The notes: a model not told the origin generated them from the sequence alone. A stretch of 64,000 nucleotides of DNA from an uncultured Collinsella sp. (GCA_900542155.1 UQMD01000003.1:88099-152098); one strand, 5' to 3'; counted from the first letter of the stretch, positions 1 through 9,134 are shown. Numbers and translations: made by a program.

Positions 1-3000
1 GCTGTCGTGGCAGAGCTGGCGATACAGCAGATCCTCAAACGCACGCGCCTTCTCCATGGCATCACGCAGCGCGTAAATGCACTTCCAGTCATCCTCGGTC
101 TTCTCGGGCTTGGCAAGCAAGCGCGTATGCTGAAGCTCATAGCCCTCGCGCTCGCCCTTCACCTTCTGCATACGGACGTTCACGTTCTCCCAGTTCTTGC
201 TGGCATCGTTCACGCCGTAAATACCGGTAAAGATGCCGATGCCCTGGGTCGCCGCGGGAAACGCCTGGCCGGCCGCCTTCCACGCATCGGTCTTAAAGAC
301 CTGGCCGAACATCTCGCACTCGATCTTATAGCTCTTGAGTGAGCGAATCGTGCGGATGAGCTTCATATGGGCGCTCACGTCGCCGTTGCGCTTCCAAGCC
401 ATAAGCCAGCCGCGAATCGTAGAGTTATTGAGGCTATGGACCACGTTCCAGTTATCGTACAGGTTGTCCAGAATGTCGCACTGCATGGCGATCGAGTTAA
501 ACAGAAGCGCCTGGTTCTTGTTGTTATTGGAGTTCTCGATAAATTCCGACTCGATATAGGCCGTCTGCTCGCCATCGGGCGCGGCGACTTTAAAGCCCTT
601 GACGGTATCGTCGTCAGCCGCCTTGTAGCTCAGCGAGCTGCCGAGCGCCTGGCCCAAATCGTTAAACCCGCTCGTCGACTGGCCGCTGTACTCGCTGGCC
701 TTAATGCCCGCACACTTGTTGAGCGCCGCAGCGGTTGCGTCATTCCAGCTTCCGTATTGGTTGAGCTGGCCGATACCCATCGACTGGCCCACCAGATCCT
801 CGGCCTGCTGGGCAATAAACTCCGCTCGCGATGCATGGTCAACAAGCTCCTTGAGCGCCGCCGCGTCCGCCGCGCTTGCACCCTGGGCCGACGCGAGTTC
901 CTGGTACCAATCCTCGCCGGTGCCGTACGCGTCCTCAAAGATCATCTTGTCCACATTGACGCCATAGCTGTCGCCCTGCTTGGTCAGCAGCGCCGACGAG
1001 CCGCCAACCGCAACCTTAAGCTCGGCGGCAAACTGCGCGGCCTCGTCGTTGCCAGCATCATCACCCTCGCCGTCGCTGGCAGCAGGGGCGCGACGAGCCT
1101 TACGCGCGTTGCCGCCCTCGTCCTTGCCGTCCTTGTCCTCCTCAGCAAACGCATCGGCGACCATCTGGTCAATCGCATCGTTAAAGGCCTGGTCCACGTC
1201 GTTAAAAGAGTTATCCATCATATACTCGTGCCACTGCTGCACGGCATTCGAGAACTCCTGCTGGCGCTCCTCGGCCGCGGCGGAATGCTTTTTGGCCGAA
1301 GCGTTGGCGTCAAAACTCAGCATGGTCATAAGCTGAGCATTGGAGATGCGGTAGGTCTGCGGCATAAAGATCTGCTCAAAGTTGCCGCAGTTCACATAGG
1401 TCGAGTCATTCGCCTTGTTAAACTCGTCGAGCAGCTTGAGATACCCCTCGTCCACATACTCCGCCACATAGCGCACACGGGTGCCCTCGCGCGACTTTTG
1501 AGTCAGAGGAATCGTCACCGTCTTGCCATCCACGCAGTCCACGTACAGGTCGAGCGTGTCGGCGGCCTCTTCGTTTCCCACCTCGAGCGTGATGTCAAAG
1601 GTCCAGTAGGCGTTCTTCTTTTGTGGCAGATGATGGAAGGTCCACAGGCTCTTGCCGGTGTCCTTGCCGTCCTTGACCAGGTTTTGCGTACCGCCACGAT
1701 ACGTCACATCAAAGTTCCAGACCGAAGCGCCCGGAACATAGCGCACATAATTGCGAGCCGTCACCTCTGCGGCAGCGGCGGCGACGTCGGTCGAGCCCAC
1801 GCGCGCTTCGAGCGTCACACGCTCGGCGGCAAGCGTATCCTGCGGCAGGTCGTATTCAATCTTGGCACGGCCGAGTTTATTGGTCTTGCCAGTGTACTTT
1901 GCGGCCGAGGCGCCCGCGCCCACGGTAAGCTGCACGCTTTTGCCGGGCGCTGCGTATACGTAGGCCACATTGCCCAGCAGGCTGTGAACGTCGGTGCTGT
2001 CGACCTCGATGCGCGATCCGCTAATCTCGAGTGTGGTGCTTCCCAGCGGCAATGTCACCTCGCCCAGCGTAATAAGCGGTGAGATGGCATAGATGCCCGC
2101 GGCCTTAGGCTTAAAGCGCACAAACACATCGGCGCCCGCACTCTTCTTCATATCGAGAACGAGGTTGTCGCCCTCCCAAGTTGTGCCAGCCCACATGGCA
2201 TCGGAGCTGGCGCCGGCTTCGCGAGCGCCTGCGGACACATCCTCGACGGCATCCTTGGCCAGCGGAATCTCAATCTTGGCAGCCTGGCTGTCCTTGAGCT
2301 CGTAATGAATGCGCAGCTCGGTCTCCACGCCAACGACCGCGGACGAATCAGCGATAACCGAGCCCGCCGTCAGCCCACGCTCGGCACGATACGTCTCCAC
2401 GTCAAACGTGGGGACGTCGAGCGTCACGTCGAGCTGTTTGCCGTCCTCGATCTTCACCTGCTTTCGCGCGATATGCTTACCCACGGTCAGCCCTAGGCGG
2501 CTAAACGTGGAATAGCTCGTCGCTTGGATGTCGTAGCTCGTCTTGTTAAAGGCGACGATGGTGTACGAACCGGCCTTAAGACGCGGCGTCTCGGCCTTCA
2601 TGATAGGCGTGGTGCCATCGTCTTCGTAACCCATCAAATAGGTGACACCGTCGGCGACGAGCTTGCCGTCGGACGTACGGAACACCAGCACGCGGTTGGC
2701 GCCCTGGTAGTCGCCCTTGGTCGTGACCGTCGCCGTACCCCAAGGCTTCAAGTCGATATCGACCTTGCCGGCCGAAGGCTTCACCGTCGCCGTCGCCCCA
2801 CCCAGCTTGAGGCTGTCTTTGGGCACGAGCGTTATCTCCAGATCCTGGTCCGCGTCGGCAATGGCCTGCGACACCACGAGCGCTGTACCCTGGATACGGT
2901 AGTCGTTTTCCTTGTCGCCCTTGGCAGGTTTGAGCGTCTTGCCGCCGCTCTTCACCGTCAGATCGATGTTATCGAGACTATCGAGCTCAATGCGTTCGGT

Positions 3001-4782
3001 CTTATCCTGGCCTGCGACCGGTTCGAGATAGGCCACATTGAGTTCAATCGCGCGCGAAGTCGGAATCTTGGTAAAGTCCTCCGCCTTAATCTCTCCGATA
3101 TTCCACGTGCCCGTCATCTGGTCGCCCGGGCGCGCCAGCACCATGTCATAGTAACCGCTGAGCGAAATGCGCAGGGTGACTGCTGTCTTGGAGAGAGCGT
3201 CCGCTGTAAAGCTGCCGCCATCGCCAACCGCCAGCGGCGTGGACTGCCCCGCCTGCACGAGTGTAGCCGTCGCGCTCTGGGGAAGTTTGCCCGTCACCTG
3301 GGCCGCCTCGCCCATCCACTCAAACGTGTAGGCAGGCTTCGAGGAATCGACGGAGTCCTTGCGATCGGCCACGGCATCGGCAAGCTTTTTGACCATCGAG
3401 GGGTTGCCAGCCGAATCGGTCGCATAGGCATAGATGGCCTGGCCTTCACTAAAGGGAATCGCATACGTTACGCCATCGATTGTCACGCGCTCATTATAGT
3501 CGCCCGAATAGCCCGCCTCACCAAACTGAAGATCGGGGTTCATCACGCGCAGGGCAACGGCATTATGGTTCGTCTCGTTTCCGTATCTCGTGTTCTCAAA
3601 AGCTCCCCACTCTATCATTTCCACGCTTTTGGGTAGCACAATCTCTTTGCCGGCAATCGCAGGATCAAGAGAGGCGAACGCGAGCGCCCCGATAGATTTG
3701 ACACCATCGCCAATCGTCACCGACGACACAAAGGAGCACCCGTCAAAGGCATGTTGCTCAATCCGCTCCACCGTGCCCGGCACATTGATCTGCGTAAAGG
3801 TGAGCACTGTTGTGTCCGAGACATAGAACTGTGGCACGCCGCAATAGGCGAATGCAAGATAGGCGATAGTTTTGACCGAAGGCGGCAGCGTTGCCACCAC
3901 ATTGTCGTCAAGTTGTTCACATTCCTTAAAGGCCTGCTCGGGAATCGTGGTAAAGGCCGCGTTGTTGGGCCAGGTTACCGTTTGGAGCGTCTTGCTTTTG
4001 TAGAATGCATAGCTCTTGAGCTCCTCGACCGAATCGGGCAGTGCGATCTCTTTGATGCTGCTGCCGCCCAAACCGCCCACAGAGCGGACATGCGAATTAG
4101 GGGCGAAGGTGATCGATGTGAGCGCAGCGCTTCCCATACCCGTAAGGCTTACGACATTTTTGTCGTCGATGGTCGAGGGCACCTCCAACGTGGTAATGCC
4201 CGCGTCGCCATACTCGATAGAAATTTCGTTGGTGAGGCTATCGATCGAGAAGTAGTACTGCGCGGGGGTCTGCTCGCCGGCCACGTAGCCATCGTCGTAT
4301 TCGTCCTTTACGCCTGTGGCGCCCTTCGAGGTTGCCCAGAGTTCAAGTTCCTCGTTCCAGGTTGCCTCGGCACCGGAAGCCTCCTCCTGCTTCTGCTGTT
4401 CGGCGAGCTCCTTACCCTCGACAAGATCGGTGGCGAGCGTACCCGCAGGTGTGCTCTCGGTCTGCCCGGCGCCCGTCAGGCCCGCCGCCGATGCAATCTC
4501 GGAGGCCGGGGGCGTAGGGGTGTCACCGGCATCGAGCACTGTGGGGTCGGCAGCGCCGGCATCGGGCATGGAGTCGGCGGAAGCAGAGTCTGACGTTTGG
4601 GCGTCAGCCGAATCGGCGGAAGCGGCGTCGCCTGCTTGGCCGTTATCCGTCTGCACAAAGGTGCTATCGGTGGTGAGGGCCTCGGCAAACGCGCCCACAG
4701 GCAACGAGCCCGTCACCATGGTGAGGGTCACCGCGGCAATGGTCAGGCGGCGGCAAAGCGCTCGAACAGTAGTCCACCTCAT
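1..4782 (-). CDS. Secreted BspA-type leucine-rich-repeat (LRR_5-like) surface protein, N-terminal >1590 aa; the ORF continues past the window start so its 3' end is missing
   Basis: The ATG at 4782-4780 (minus strand) is preceded by an AGGAAAGGA RBS. Hand translation gives MRWTTVRALCRRLTIAAVTLTMVTGSLPVGAFAE, a Sec signal peptide. This is followed by an acidic Ser/Asp/Ala linker, then units such as GMGSAALTSITFAPNSHVRSVGGLGGSSIKEIALPDSVEELKSYAFYKSKTLQTVTWPNN, which are typical of BspA/LRR_5 repeats. The ORF track lists no minus-strand ORF between 1 and 4782 even though any internal stop would create one. The frame is therefore open to position 1. The overlapping plus-strand ORFs (367-2082, 2524-3636, 3751-4593) have the R/L/V/G/H-rich composition of antisense artefacts. 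Confidence 0.7.
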   Translation of the reverse strand, partial: MRWTTVRALCRRLTIAAVTLTMVTGSLPVGAFAEALTTDSTFVQTDNGQAGDAASADSADAQTSDSASADSMPDAGAADPTVLDAGDTPTPPASEIASAAGLTGAGQTESTPAGTLATDLVEGKELAEQQKQEEASGAEATWNEELELWATSKGATGVKDEYDDGYVAGEQTPAQYYFSIDSLTNEISIEYGDAGITTLEVPSTIDDKNVVSLTGMGSAALTSITFAPNSHVRSVGGLGGSSIKEIALPDSVEELKSYAFYKSKTLQTVTWPNNAAFTTIPEQAFKECEQLDDNVVATLPPSVKTIAYLAFAYCGVPQFYVSDTTVLTFTQINVPGTVERIEQHAFDGCSFVSSVTIGDGVKSIGALAFASLDPAIAGKEIVLPKSVEMIEWGAFENTRYGNETNHNAVALRVMNPDLQFGEAGYSGDYNERVTIDGVTYAIPFSEGQAIYAYATDSAGNPSMVKKLADAVADRKDSVDSSKPAYTFEWMGEAAQVTGKLPQSATATLVQAGQSTPLAVGDGGSFTADALSKTAVTLRISLSGYYDMVLARPGDQMTGTWNIGEIKAEDFTKIPTSRAIELNVAYLEPVAGQDKTERIELDSLDNIDLTVKSGGKTLKPAKGDKENDYRIQGTALVVSQAIADADQDLEITLVPKDSLKLGGATATVKPSAGKVDIDLKPWGTATVTTKGDYQGANRVLVFRTSDGKLVADGVTYLMGYEDDGTTPIMKAETPRLKAGSYTIVAFNKTSYDIQATSYSTFSRLGLTVGKHIARKQVKIEDGKQLDVTLDVPTFDVETYRAERGLTAGSVIADSSAVVGVETELRIHYELKDSQAAKIEIPLAKDAVEDVSAGAREAGASSDAMWAGTTWEGDNLVLDMKKSAGADVFVRFKPKAAGIYAISPLITLGEVTLPLGSTTLEISGSRIEVDSTDVHSLLGNVAYVYAAPGKSVQLTVGAGASAAKYTGKTNKLGRAKIEYDLPQDTLAAERVTLEARVGSTDVAAAAAEVTARNYVRYVPGASVWNFDVTYRGGTQNLVKDGKDTGKSLWTFHHLPQKKNAYWTFDITLEVGNEEAADTLDLYVDCVDGKTVTIPLTQKSREGTRVRYVAEYVDEGYLKLLDEFNKANDSTYVNCGNFEQIFMPQTYRISNAQLMTMLSFDANASAKKHSAAAEERQQEFSNAVQQWHEYMMDNSFNDVDQAFNDAIDQMVADAFAEEDKDGKDEGGNARKARRAPAASDGEGDDAGNDEAAQFAAELKVAVGGSSALLTKQGDSYGVNVDKMIFEDAYGTGEDWYQELASAQGASAADAAALKELVDHASRAEFIAQQAEDLVGQSMGIGQLNQYGSWNDATAAALNKCAGIKASEYSGQSTSGFNDLGQALGSSLSYKAADDDTVKGFKVAAPDGEQTAYIESEFIENSNNNKNQALLFNSIAMQCDILDNLYDNWNVVHSLNNSTIRGWLMAWKRNGDVSAHMKLIRTIRSLKSYKIECEMFGQVFKTDAWKAAGQAFPAATQGIGIFTGIYGVNDASKNWENVNVRMQKVKGEREGYELQHTRLLAKPEKTEDDWKCIYALRDAMEKARAFEDLLYRQLCHDS

Positions 4783-4886
4783 GGTCGTTCCTTTCCTGCA
4801 AACCAAAAGTCATCCAGCGTAATCGTTGTCCAAAAACAAAGCGAACGGTAGGTTCATATATACGAACCTACCGTTCTACCTGTGCA

Positions 4887-4923
4887 AACCGCCACAAAGG
4901 GGACAGGCACCTTTGTGGCGGTT
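4887..4923. repeat. Palindromic hairpin element, family copy 1 (AACCGCCACAAAGG-ggacaggca-CCTTTGTGGCGGTT), inverted relative to copies 2 and 3
   Basis: The sequence shows a perfect 14-bp stem and a 9-nt loop. The same element recurs at 7528-7560 and 9135-9175, with a degenerate copy at about 15149-15165. Copy 1 carries G/C where the others carry A/T at stem position 3, which preserves pairing. Confidence 0.85.
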
Positions 4924-4930
4924 CTGGACT

Positions 4931-5092
4931 TGGCCGGCCAGTTTGTCTCGATCTGTAACAGTTAGAGGTCAAATTCCCCGCTTGGTGTTACAGATCGAGA
5001 CATTAGGTTGGCGGCCATTCGGTTCATCTCAATCTGTAACATCTAGAGCCGTTTTGGGCAGTTTGGTGTTACAGATTGAGATTTTGCTGAGG
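4931..5092. repeat. Two tandem about 81-bp repeat units, each containing a 55-bp hairpin with 15-bp perfect arms (TCTC[G/A]ATCTGTAACA ... TGTTACAGAT[C/T]GAGA)
   Basis: Unit 1 hairpin is at 4946-5000 and unit 2 hairpin at 5027-5081. The arms differ at a single position, G vs A, and the partner base changes compensatorily, C vs T. The 25-nt loops differ between units. The array lies in the intergenic region between the LRR gene start and the stop of the LAXTG protein gene. Confidence 0.85.
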
Positions 5093-5118
5093 CCGAGAAC
5101 GAGAGCCGTCACCCAGCT

Positions 5119-7500
5119 CTAATGCTTGCGGCGCTTGGTCGCGGCGAGGCCGGCGGCGGCTACGGTTGCGCCGGCGATGCCTAGGGCGGCGACCGTCATC
5201 GCGGTGGTATCCCCCGTGGTAGCCAGGACAGCATCGCCCTTCTTGGCCTGCGTGGTTTTCTCAACCGTCTTGGTCGTGGCGGTTGTCGTGGCCGGCTTGG
5301 CCGCGGGCTTCACCTCGGGCTTGGTCTCAGGCTTAACCTCAGGCTGCGGCGTCGGCTTGGGATCCGGCGTAGGCTGCGGATCGGGGGTCGGCGTGGCTTC
5401 GGGCGTAAACGTCAAATCGGTGTTGAGCCACAGGGTGTAGATCCAGCCGCTGTCCTCATCGGATACGCTATCCGCGACCTGGTAGCCGCACTCCCGGCCG
5501 TTGATCACCAGCTTGGTGTCGGGCGTAAAGTAGAAGCCGCGCGCGGACTTGAGGTAGATGCCGTAGCGATAGGTCACGCCAGGCTTAAAAGCATCGATGT
5601 GGTTTGTAATGTTCTGATTCCAGAACTTCTGGGAGTTCACTTCGCTGCCGTCGCTACCCGTCCAGAACTCACACTGAGGAAGGGAGTTGGAACCCATCGG
5701 AACACTCGCCGTAAAGACCGGCTTATCGCCCGCCCTGAAGGTGGTCGTGGCACCGTCGATCTCGATAACGTCGATGGCACGCCATTCGTCGATCGGCTGC
5801 TCGCACAGCATATTGTCAGCGTTTGGCGCGAAGACGCCGTTGACGGTCTTGATGTGGTGCGTCCAATGGCCGTTGACGTACATCATGCAGTCATCGGCCA
5901 CGGTATTGTCGTCCTTGAGCCTCAGCTCAACGGAATACATGTAGAACTTGCCCTCTTCAAAGTGCTCGATCTTCCTCGCGCCCGTCGGATACTTGGAAGG
6001 GTCGGAATACCAGAAGGCAACGGGTGTGAGCTCCGCGGGGTCACTGCCGTCCATTTCCTCCCAGCACTCGTAGGCAATCTCGTACTTGTCGGCGTCAGCA
6101 GCGGGAATCGTCGCGGTCGCGCGGGGCGCCTCGCCGGGCGCGTAGTCGGTCTTCACGTCGTTGACGTTCAGGTTATGGAGGGCTTCGTTTTCCGACGAAG
6201 CAGGCATCGTAATTGTTTTAATAGCAGGGACATACAGGAATTCTCCGCTTAGACTCGACTTTACGGTTTCCCCGTTTACGGTAACAACGGTTTCATCGCT
6301 GAAGGAATATCCGTCTTTTGGCTTCAGCATAAGAGAATACACGTACTCTTTCCCGCTTTTAAATTTTGTAATAGTCGGTAGGGAACCATGTGAGCCGTTA
6401 TCGGAATACCAGGCAGCAACGGGTTCGTTGTTTTCAAATTCCTGCCAGCATTCATAAGCGATTTCGTATTTATCTGCATCGTAGTTAAGGACACCTGCCG
6501 TCGCCTGCGGACCAGTATCCAGCTGCCAATTGAAGTTCGTATTCTGAACATTGGCAAAGGAGATGGATTCCGATTCTGATTCCGCTGCCGGGATAACAAG
6601 GCACGCCCTCTCGTAGACATGAGTGCGGGTGTAGTAGTCATCCCGGATCTCGTTAATAGTGGGTTTCCCGGTCGCCTCGGTGTCTCCTTTAAAGGCGTCG
6701 TCCGGATCACCGATGATGATATTCCCGGGCTCTGTACCCGTATACGTAAGCTTGGATCCATCATAGGTGGTCGTCATCTTGGACTTATTCTCCTTGTACT
6801 CCGTAAAGTACTTCTGCTCCTCCTTCTGTCTCTGAATCTTGCTGATATCCAGGGTAAGCGTTGTTTTATTGCTCGCACTGTCATACGCCGCATGGACGAT
6901 CAAGTCCCCCAGGCCGATAAAAGTCAAAGCGCTACCATCGAGAGCAGACTGGTCTCCATCTACAAGGGCAATCCCCTTCACATACTCAATCGTTTCTTCT
7001 TTCTTGATGTCGGTGTAATTGTTCCGCACCGTAATATTGACCCTAACGCCGCTGCCGCCAACAACATCGGTCACACCGCAGGGCATGATGGCGTCATTCG
7101 CCGGCGTGGCGGCGTTGTCGCTGGGAGTATTTTGTTCAGCGGGTGCCGCATCGTTGGATTCATCGGTGGCGCCAGTCGGGGCCGTCTGCTGAGGCTCAGC
7201 GGTGGCTTGCGCCGCCGGAGCAGCATCGGTTGCAGGCGCGGTCGAAGCAGCTGGTGCGGTCGTTGCAGCCGTATCCTCCGCAACCGTCGGCGTCACCGGA
7301 GCCGCGGCAACCTCATCCGTCCCAGCGGCGGAATCGGCGCATTCCGTCGCCAGCGCCACGCTCGGCAGCAGAAGCTGGCCAACCATAAGCGCACACGCGC
7401 CGGCGCAAGCTATTTTGGCACCCACACAACGCCAGGTACCGTGAACCAGCGAGCAGGTGGACTCACGTTGAGTTTGCTTGTCAAAGTGACTTGCGTTCAT
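5119..7500 (-). CDS. Cell-wall-anchored surface protein with an LAXTG sorting signal, Thr/Pro-rich stalk and two internal about 150-aa repeats
   Basis: The C-terminus is ...AVLATTGDTTAMTVAALGIAGATVAAAGLAATKRRKH, which is an LAxTG motif followed by a hydrophobic segment and a basic tail. This matches a sortase substrate of the actinobacterial LAXTG kind. A TPEATPTPDPQPTPDPKPTPQPEVKPETKPEVKP stalk precedes it. The repeat DADKYEIAYECW(Q/E)E...WYSD occurs twice. The N-terminus MNASHFDKQ...IACAGACALMVGQLLLPSVALA has a hydrophobic signal region. The ATG at 7500 is preceded by an AAGGAGG RBS. The track ORF start at 7584 merely reads through the upstream hairpin. Confidence 0.85.
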   Translation of the reverse strand: MNASHFDKQTQRESTCSLVHGTWRCVGAKIACAGACALMVGQLLLPSVALATECADSAAGTDEVAAAPVTPTVAEDTAATTAPAASTAPATDAAPAAQATAEPQQTAPTGATDESNDAAPAEQNTPSDNAATPANDAIMPCGVTDVVGGSGVRVNITVRNNYTDIKKEETIEYVKGIALVDGDQSALDGSALTFIGLGDLIVHAAYDSASNKTTLTLDISKIQRQKEEQKYFTEYKENKSKMTTTYDGSKLTYTGTEPGNIIIGDPDDAFKGDTEATGKPTINEIRDDYYTRTHVYERACLVIPAAESESESISFANVQNTNFNWQLDTGPQATAGVLNYDADKYEIAYECWQEFENNEPVAAWYSDNGSHGSLPTITKFKSGKEYVYSLMLKPKDGYSFSDETVVTVNGETVKSSLSGEFLYVPAIKTITMPASSENEALHNLNVNDVKTDYAPGEAPRATATIPAADADKYEIAYECWEEMDGSDPAELTPVAFWYSDPSKYPTGARKIEHFEEGKFYMYSVELRLKDDNTVADDCMMYVNGHWTHHIKTVNGVFAPNADNMLCEQPIDEWRAIDVIEIDGATTTFRAGDKPVFTASVPMGSNSLPQCEFWTGSDGSEVNSQKFWNQNITNHIDAFKPGVTYRYGIYLKSARGFYFTPDTKLVINGRECGYQVADSVSDEDSGWIYTLWLNTDLTFTPEATPTPDPQPTPDPKPTPQPEVKPETKPEVKPAAKPATTTATTKTVEKTTQAKKGDAVLATTGDTTAMTVAALGIAGATVAAAGLAATKRRKH

Positions 7501-7527
7501 AACGGCCTCCTTGGTCGTAGGGACATA

Positions 7528-7560
7528 CCACCACAAAGGTGTCTGTCCCCTTTGTGGTGG
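7528..7560. repeat. Palindromic hairpin element, family copy 2 (CCACCACAAAGG-tgtctgtcc-CCTTTGTGGTGG)
   Basis: This is a perfect 12-bp stem with a 9-nt loop. It lies 28 bp upstream of the LAXTG gene ATG, in the intergenic region shared divergently with the LuxR gene. Confidence 0.85.
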
Positions 7561-7597
7561 TCCTGTACCACCAAGATGTGCCAAGTGACTCCGTATG

Positions 7598-7623
7598 CCT
7601 AGGTTCGTAGATGTGAACCTAGG
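7598..7623. promoter_or_regulatory. Lux-box-like palindrome CCTAGGTTC-gtagatgt-GAACCTAGG, a candidate operator upstream of the LuxR-family gene
   Basis: The arms are a perfect 9-bp inverted repeat separated by an 8-bp spacer. The element sits about 105 bp upstream of the TTG start of the membrane LuxR gene. LuxR-type HTH dimers characteristically bind 18-26 bp dyad sites. Confidence 0.35.
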
Positions 7624-7726
7624 CCTCTACCTGCGGTTTAATTCAATATGATTTCGCCATCGCCACACGCGTCCCGGGAACGCTACAATCGAGGACACGA
7701 TCATTCGTCCACCCAAAGGACCGTCC

Positions 7727-9130
7727 TTGAACCTGAGCAGGCCTAAAATCAACGCGCTTCTGGCACTCGCGCTCTTTACCTTTGTCTTTCTTGCCGCCGA
7801 GTTTCGATTCGACATTAATGTCGGGCTGCTCGCCGGTGCCGAGCGTGTTGTGATTGCGCAGGGCTTTATTCTAGGTGCGAGCGTGCTCGGCTTTATCGGA
7901 TATGCGCCGCTGCTCGGGCTCGCACAGCGCAAAGGCCGGCCTCGGGCAGTTGTCAGCACCGCCGTCCCCATCGCCATCTTGGGGTTGACTCAGATTCAGT
8001 TCCCTACGACCCCGCTTGCCCTCGAAATTCTGGGCTGCGTGGCATTCCTTGGACTCGGCCTGCTGGGTGCCGCCGCTCACCACGCCTTCGCGACGGCATT
8101 CCAAGACGATTCCAAGCTTGCCACTGGCGCGGGAGCGGCATATGCCGCGGGCATCCTGATGCAGTTCGCCGTCAACCTGCTCAATTGCGGCGGTATCGCA
8201 GAGCTCATCGTCCTTGGCACAGCGACGATCGCCATCTCCGCCCTCAGCGCCACTACCCAAGCGGCAAACGAGGGCCCCAGGCCCGCCATCAATCCCTTTG
8301 TCGAACCTTCGCACGCCCTCGCCAAGCAGGCATGTTGGAGCATCGCGCTCGTCATGATTCTTGCCTGCTTGTTCTCGACCCTCGACAATGTGGTCACGCT
8401 CTCCAACGCCCACGGCACCATTGCCGTGCAGACCTGGCCGCGCCTCTTTTTGGCTGCAAGCGGCCTTGCCGCCGGCATTATCTTTGATCTTGCCGAGCGC
8501 CGATACATGGGACTTGTCATGCTCGGCATCGCCGTGCTCTCGACCATTTCCATCCTGGCCGTGGAGGCCGGCGCCGATCTCAACCTGGGCCTTGTCGTCT
8601 TTTACCTGAGCTCGGGCTTTTTTGTCACGTTCTTTACCGCCACGTTTACACAGCTGGCACCGCGCATGCATGCACCCGCCCTCTGGGCCGGCATGGGGCG
8701 CGCAGCCAATAACGTGTGCGCGTTCATCACGTCGGGCGTCTCGCTTGCGCTTGTGACCTCGGGCAATGTTGCTCTCATCATGATCGGTGCGCTCGTTTTG
8801 CTCGTCGCGGCTTGCGTGGCATTCGTTGCCGCCGGCCTGTTCCGTCTACCCCAGACCGAGCAGGAGCGCGAACATCAACAGCTTGCCGAGGAAGCACTCG
8901 CCGCGCCCACCGTCGAGGAGCAGCGCCAGGCCTTCATCGCCAACCACGCTCTCACCCCGCGCGAAGTCGACGTGCTCATGGCCGTAACCCAAGACGAGCG
9001 CCCGCTCAAACAGGTCGCCGAGGAGCTTGGAATCTCGATGCGCATGGTGCAGCGCCACCTGAGCTCTATCTACCAAAAGACCGACACGCAGACGCGCGCC
9101 GGTCTCACCAAGGCCTTTCCCTCGGCCTAA
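7727..9130 (+). CDS. Membrane-anchored LuxR-family transcriptional regulator (multi-pass transmembrane N-domain plus C-terminal LuxR/GerE HTH)
   Basis: About 10 hydrophobic segments are followed by the C-terminal ...LTPREVDVLMAVTQDERPLKQVAEELGISMRMVQRHLSSIYQKTDTQTRAGL. This is the LuxR-type HTH signature. The start is TTG at 7727, which the track reports as 'M', and it is preceded by AAAGGA. There is no internal ATG for the first 140 codons. Confidence 0.8.
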   Translation: MNLSRPKINALLALALFTFVFLAAEFRFDINVGLLAGAERVVIAQGFILGASVLGFIGYAPLLGLAQRKGRPRAVVSTAVPIAILGLTQIQFPTTPLALEILGCVAFLGLGLLGAAAHHAFATAFQDDSKLATGAGAAYAAGILMQFAVNLLNCGGIAELIVLGTATIAISALSATTQAANEGPRPAINPFVEPSHALAKQACWSIALVMILACLFSTLDNVVTLSNAHGTIAVQTWPRLFLAASGLAAGIIFDLAERRYMGLVMLGIAVLSTISILAVEAGADLNLGLVVFYLSSGFFVTFFTATFTQLAPRMHAPALWAGMGRAANNVCAFITSGVSLALVTSGNVALIMIGALVLLVAACVAFVAAGLFRLPQTEQEREHQQLAEEALAAPTVEEQRQAFIANHALTPREVDVLMAVTQDERPLKQVAEELGISMRMVQRHLSSIYQKTDTQTRAGLTKAFPSA

Positions 9131-9134
9131 AACA

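Noticed and set aside
367-4593. Long plus-strand ORFs 367-2082 (571 aa), 2524-3636 (370 aa), 3751-4593 (280 aa) and 4316-4822
   Set aside because: Their Arg/Leu/Val/Gly/His-rich, motif-free composition is typical of the antisense frame of a high-GC gene. They lie opposite a minus-strand frame that hand translation shows to encode a signal peptide and LRR repeats and to stay open to the window edge.
4931-5092. CRISPR array
   Set aside because: There are only two repeat units. The units are 81 bp with internal dyad symmetry and the 'spacers' are absent. No cas genes are in the window. No CRISPR array was seen anywhere in the 64 kb.
5119-7584. Track start of the LAXTG protein at 7584 (MAHLGGTGPPQRGQTPLWWYVPTTKEAV...)
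   Set aside because: The extension simply translates the palindromic hairpin element (PPQRGQTPLWW). It has no RBS. The ATG at 7500 has an AAGGAGG RBS and begins a plausible signal sequence.
6619-7602. Plus-strand ORF 6619-7602 (327 aa) and the minus-strand ORF 6324-6764
   Set aside because: Both are antisense or out-of-frame overlaps of the LAXTG protein gene. Their composition is Arg-rich and low-complexity with no motifs.
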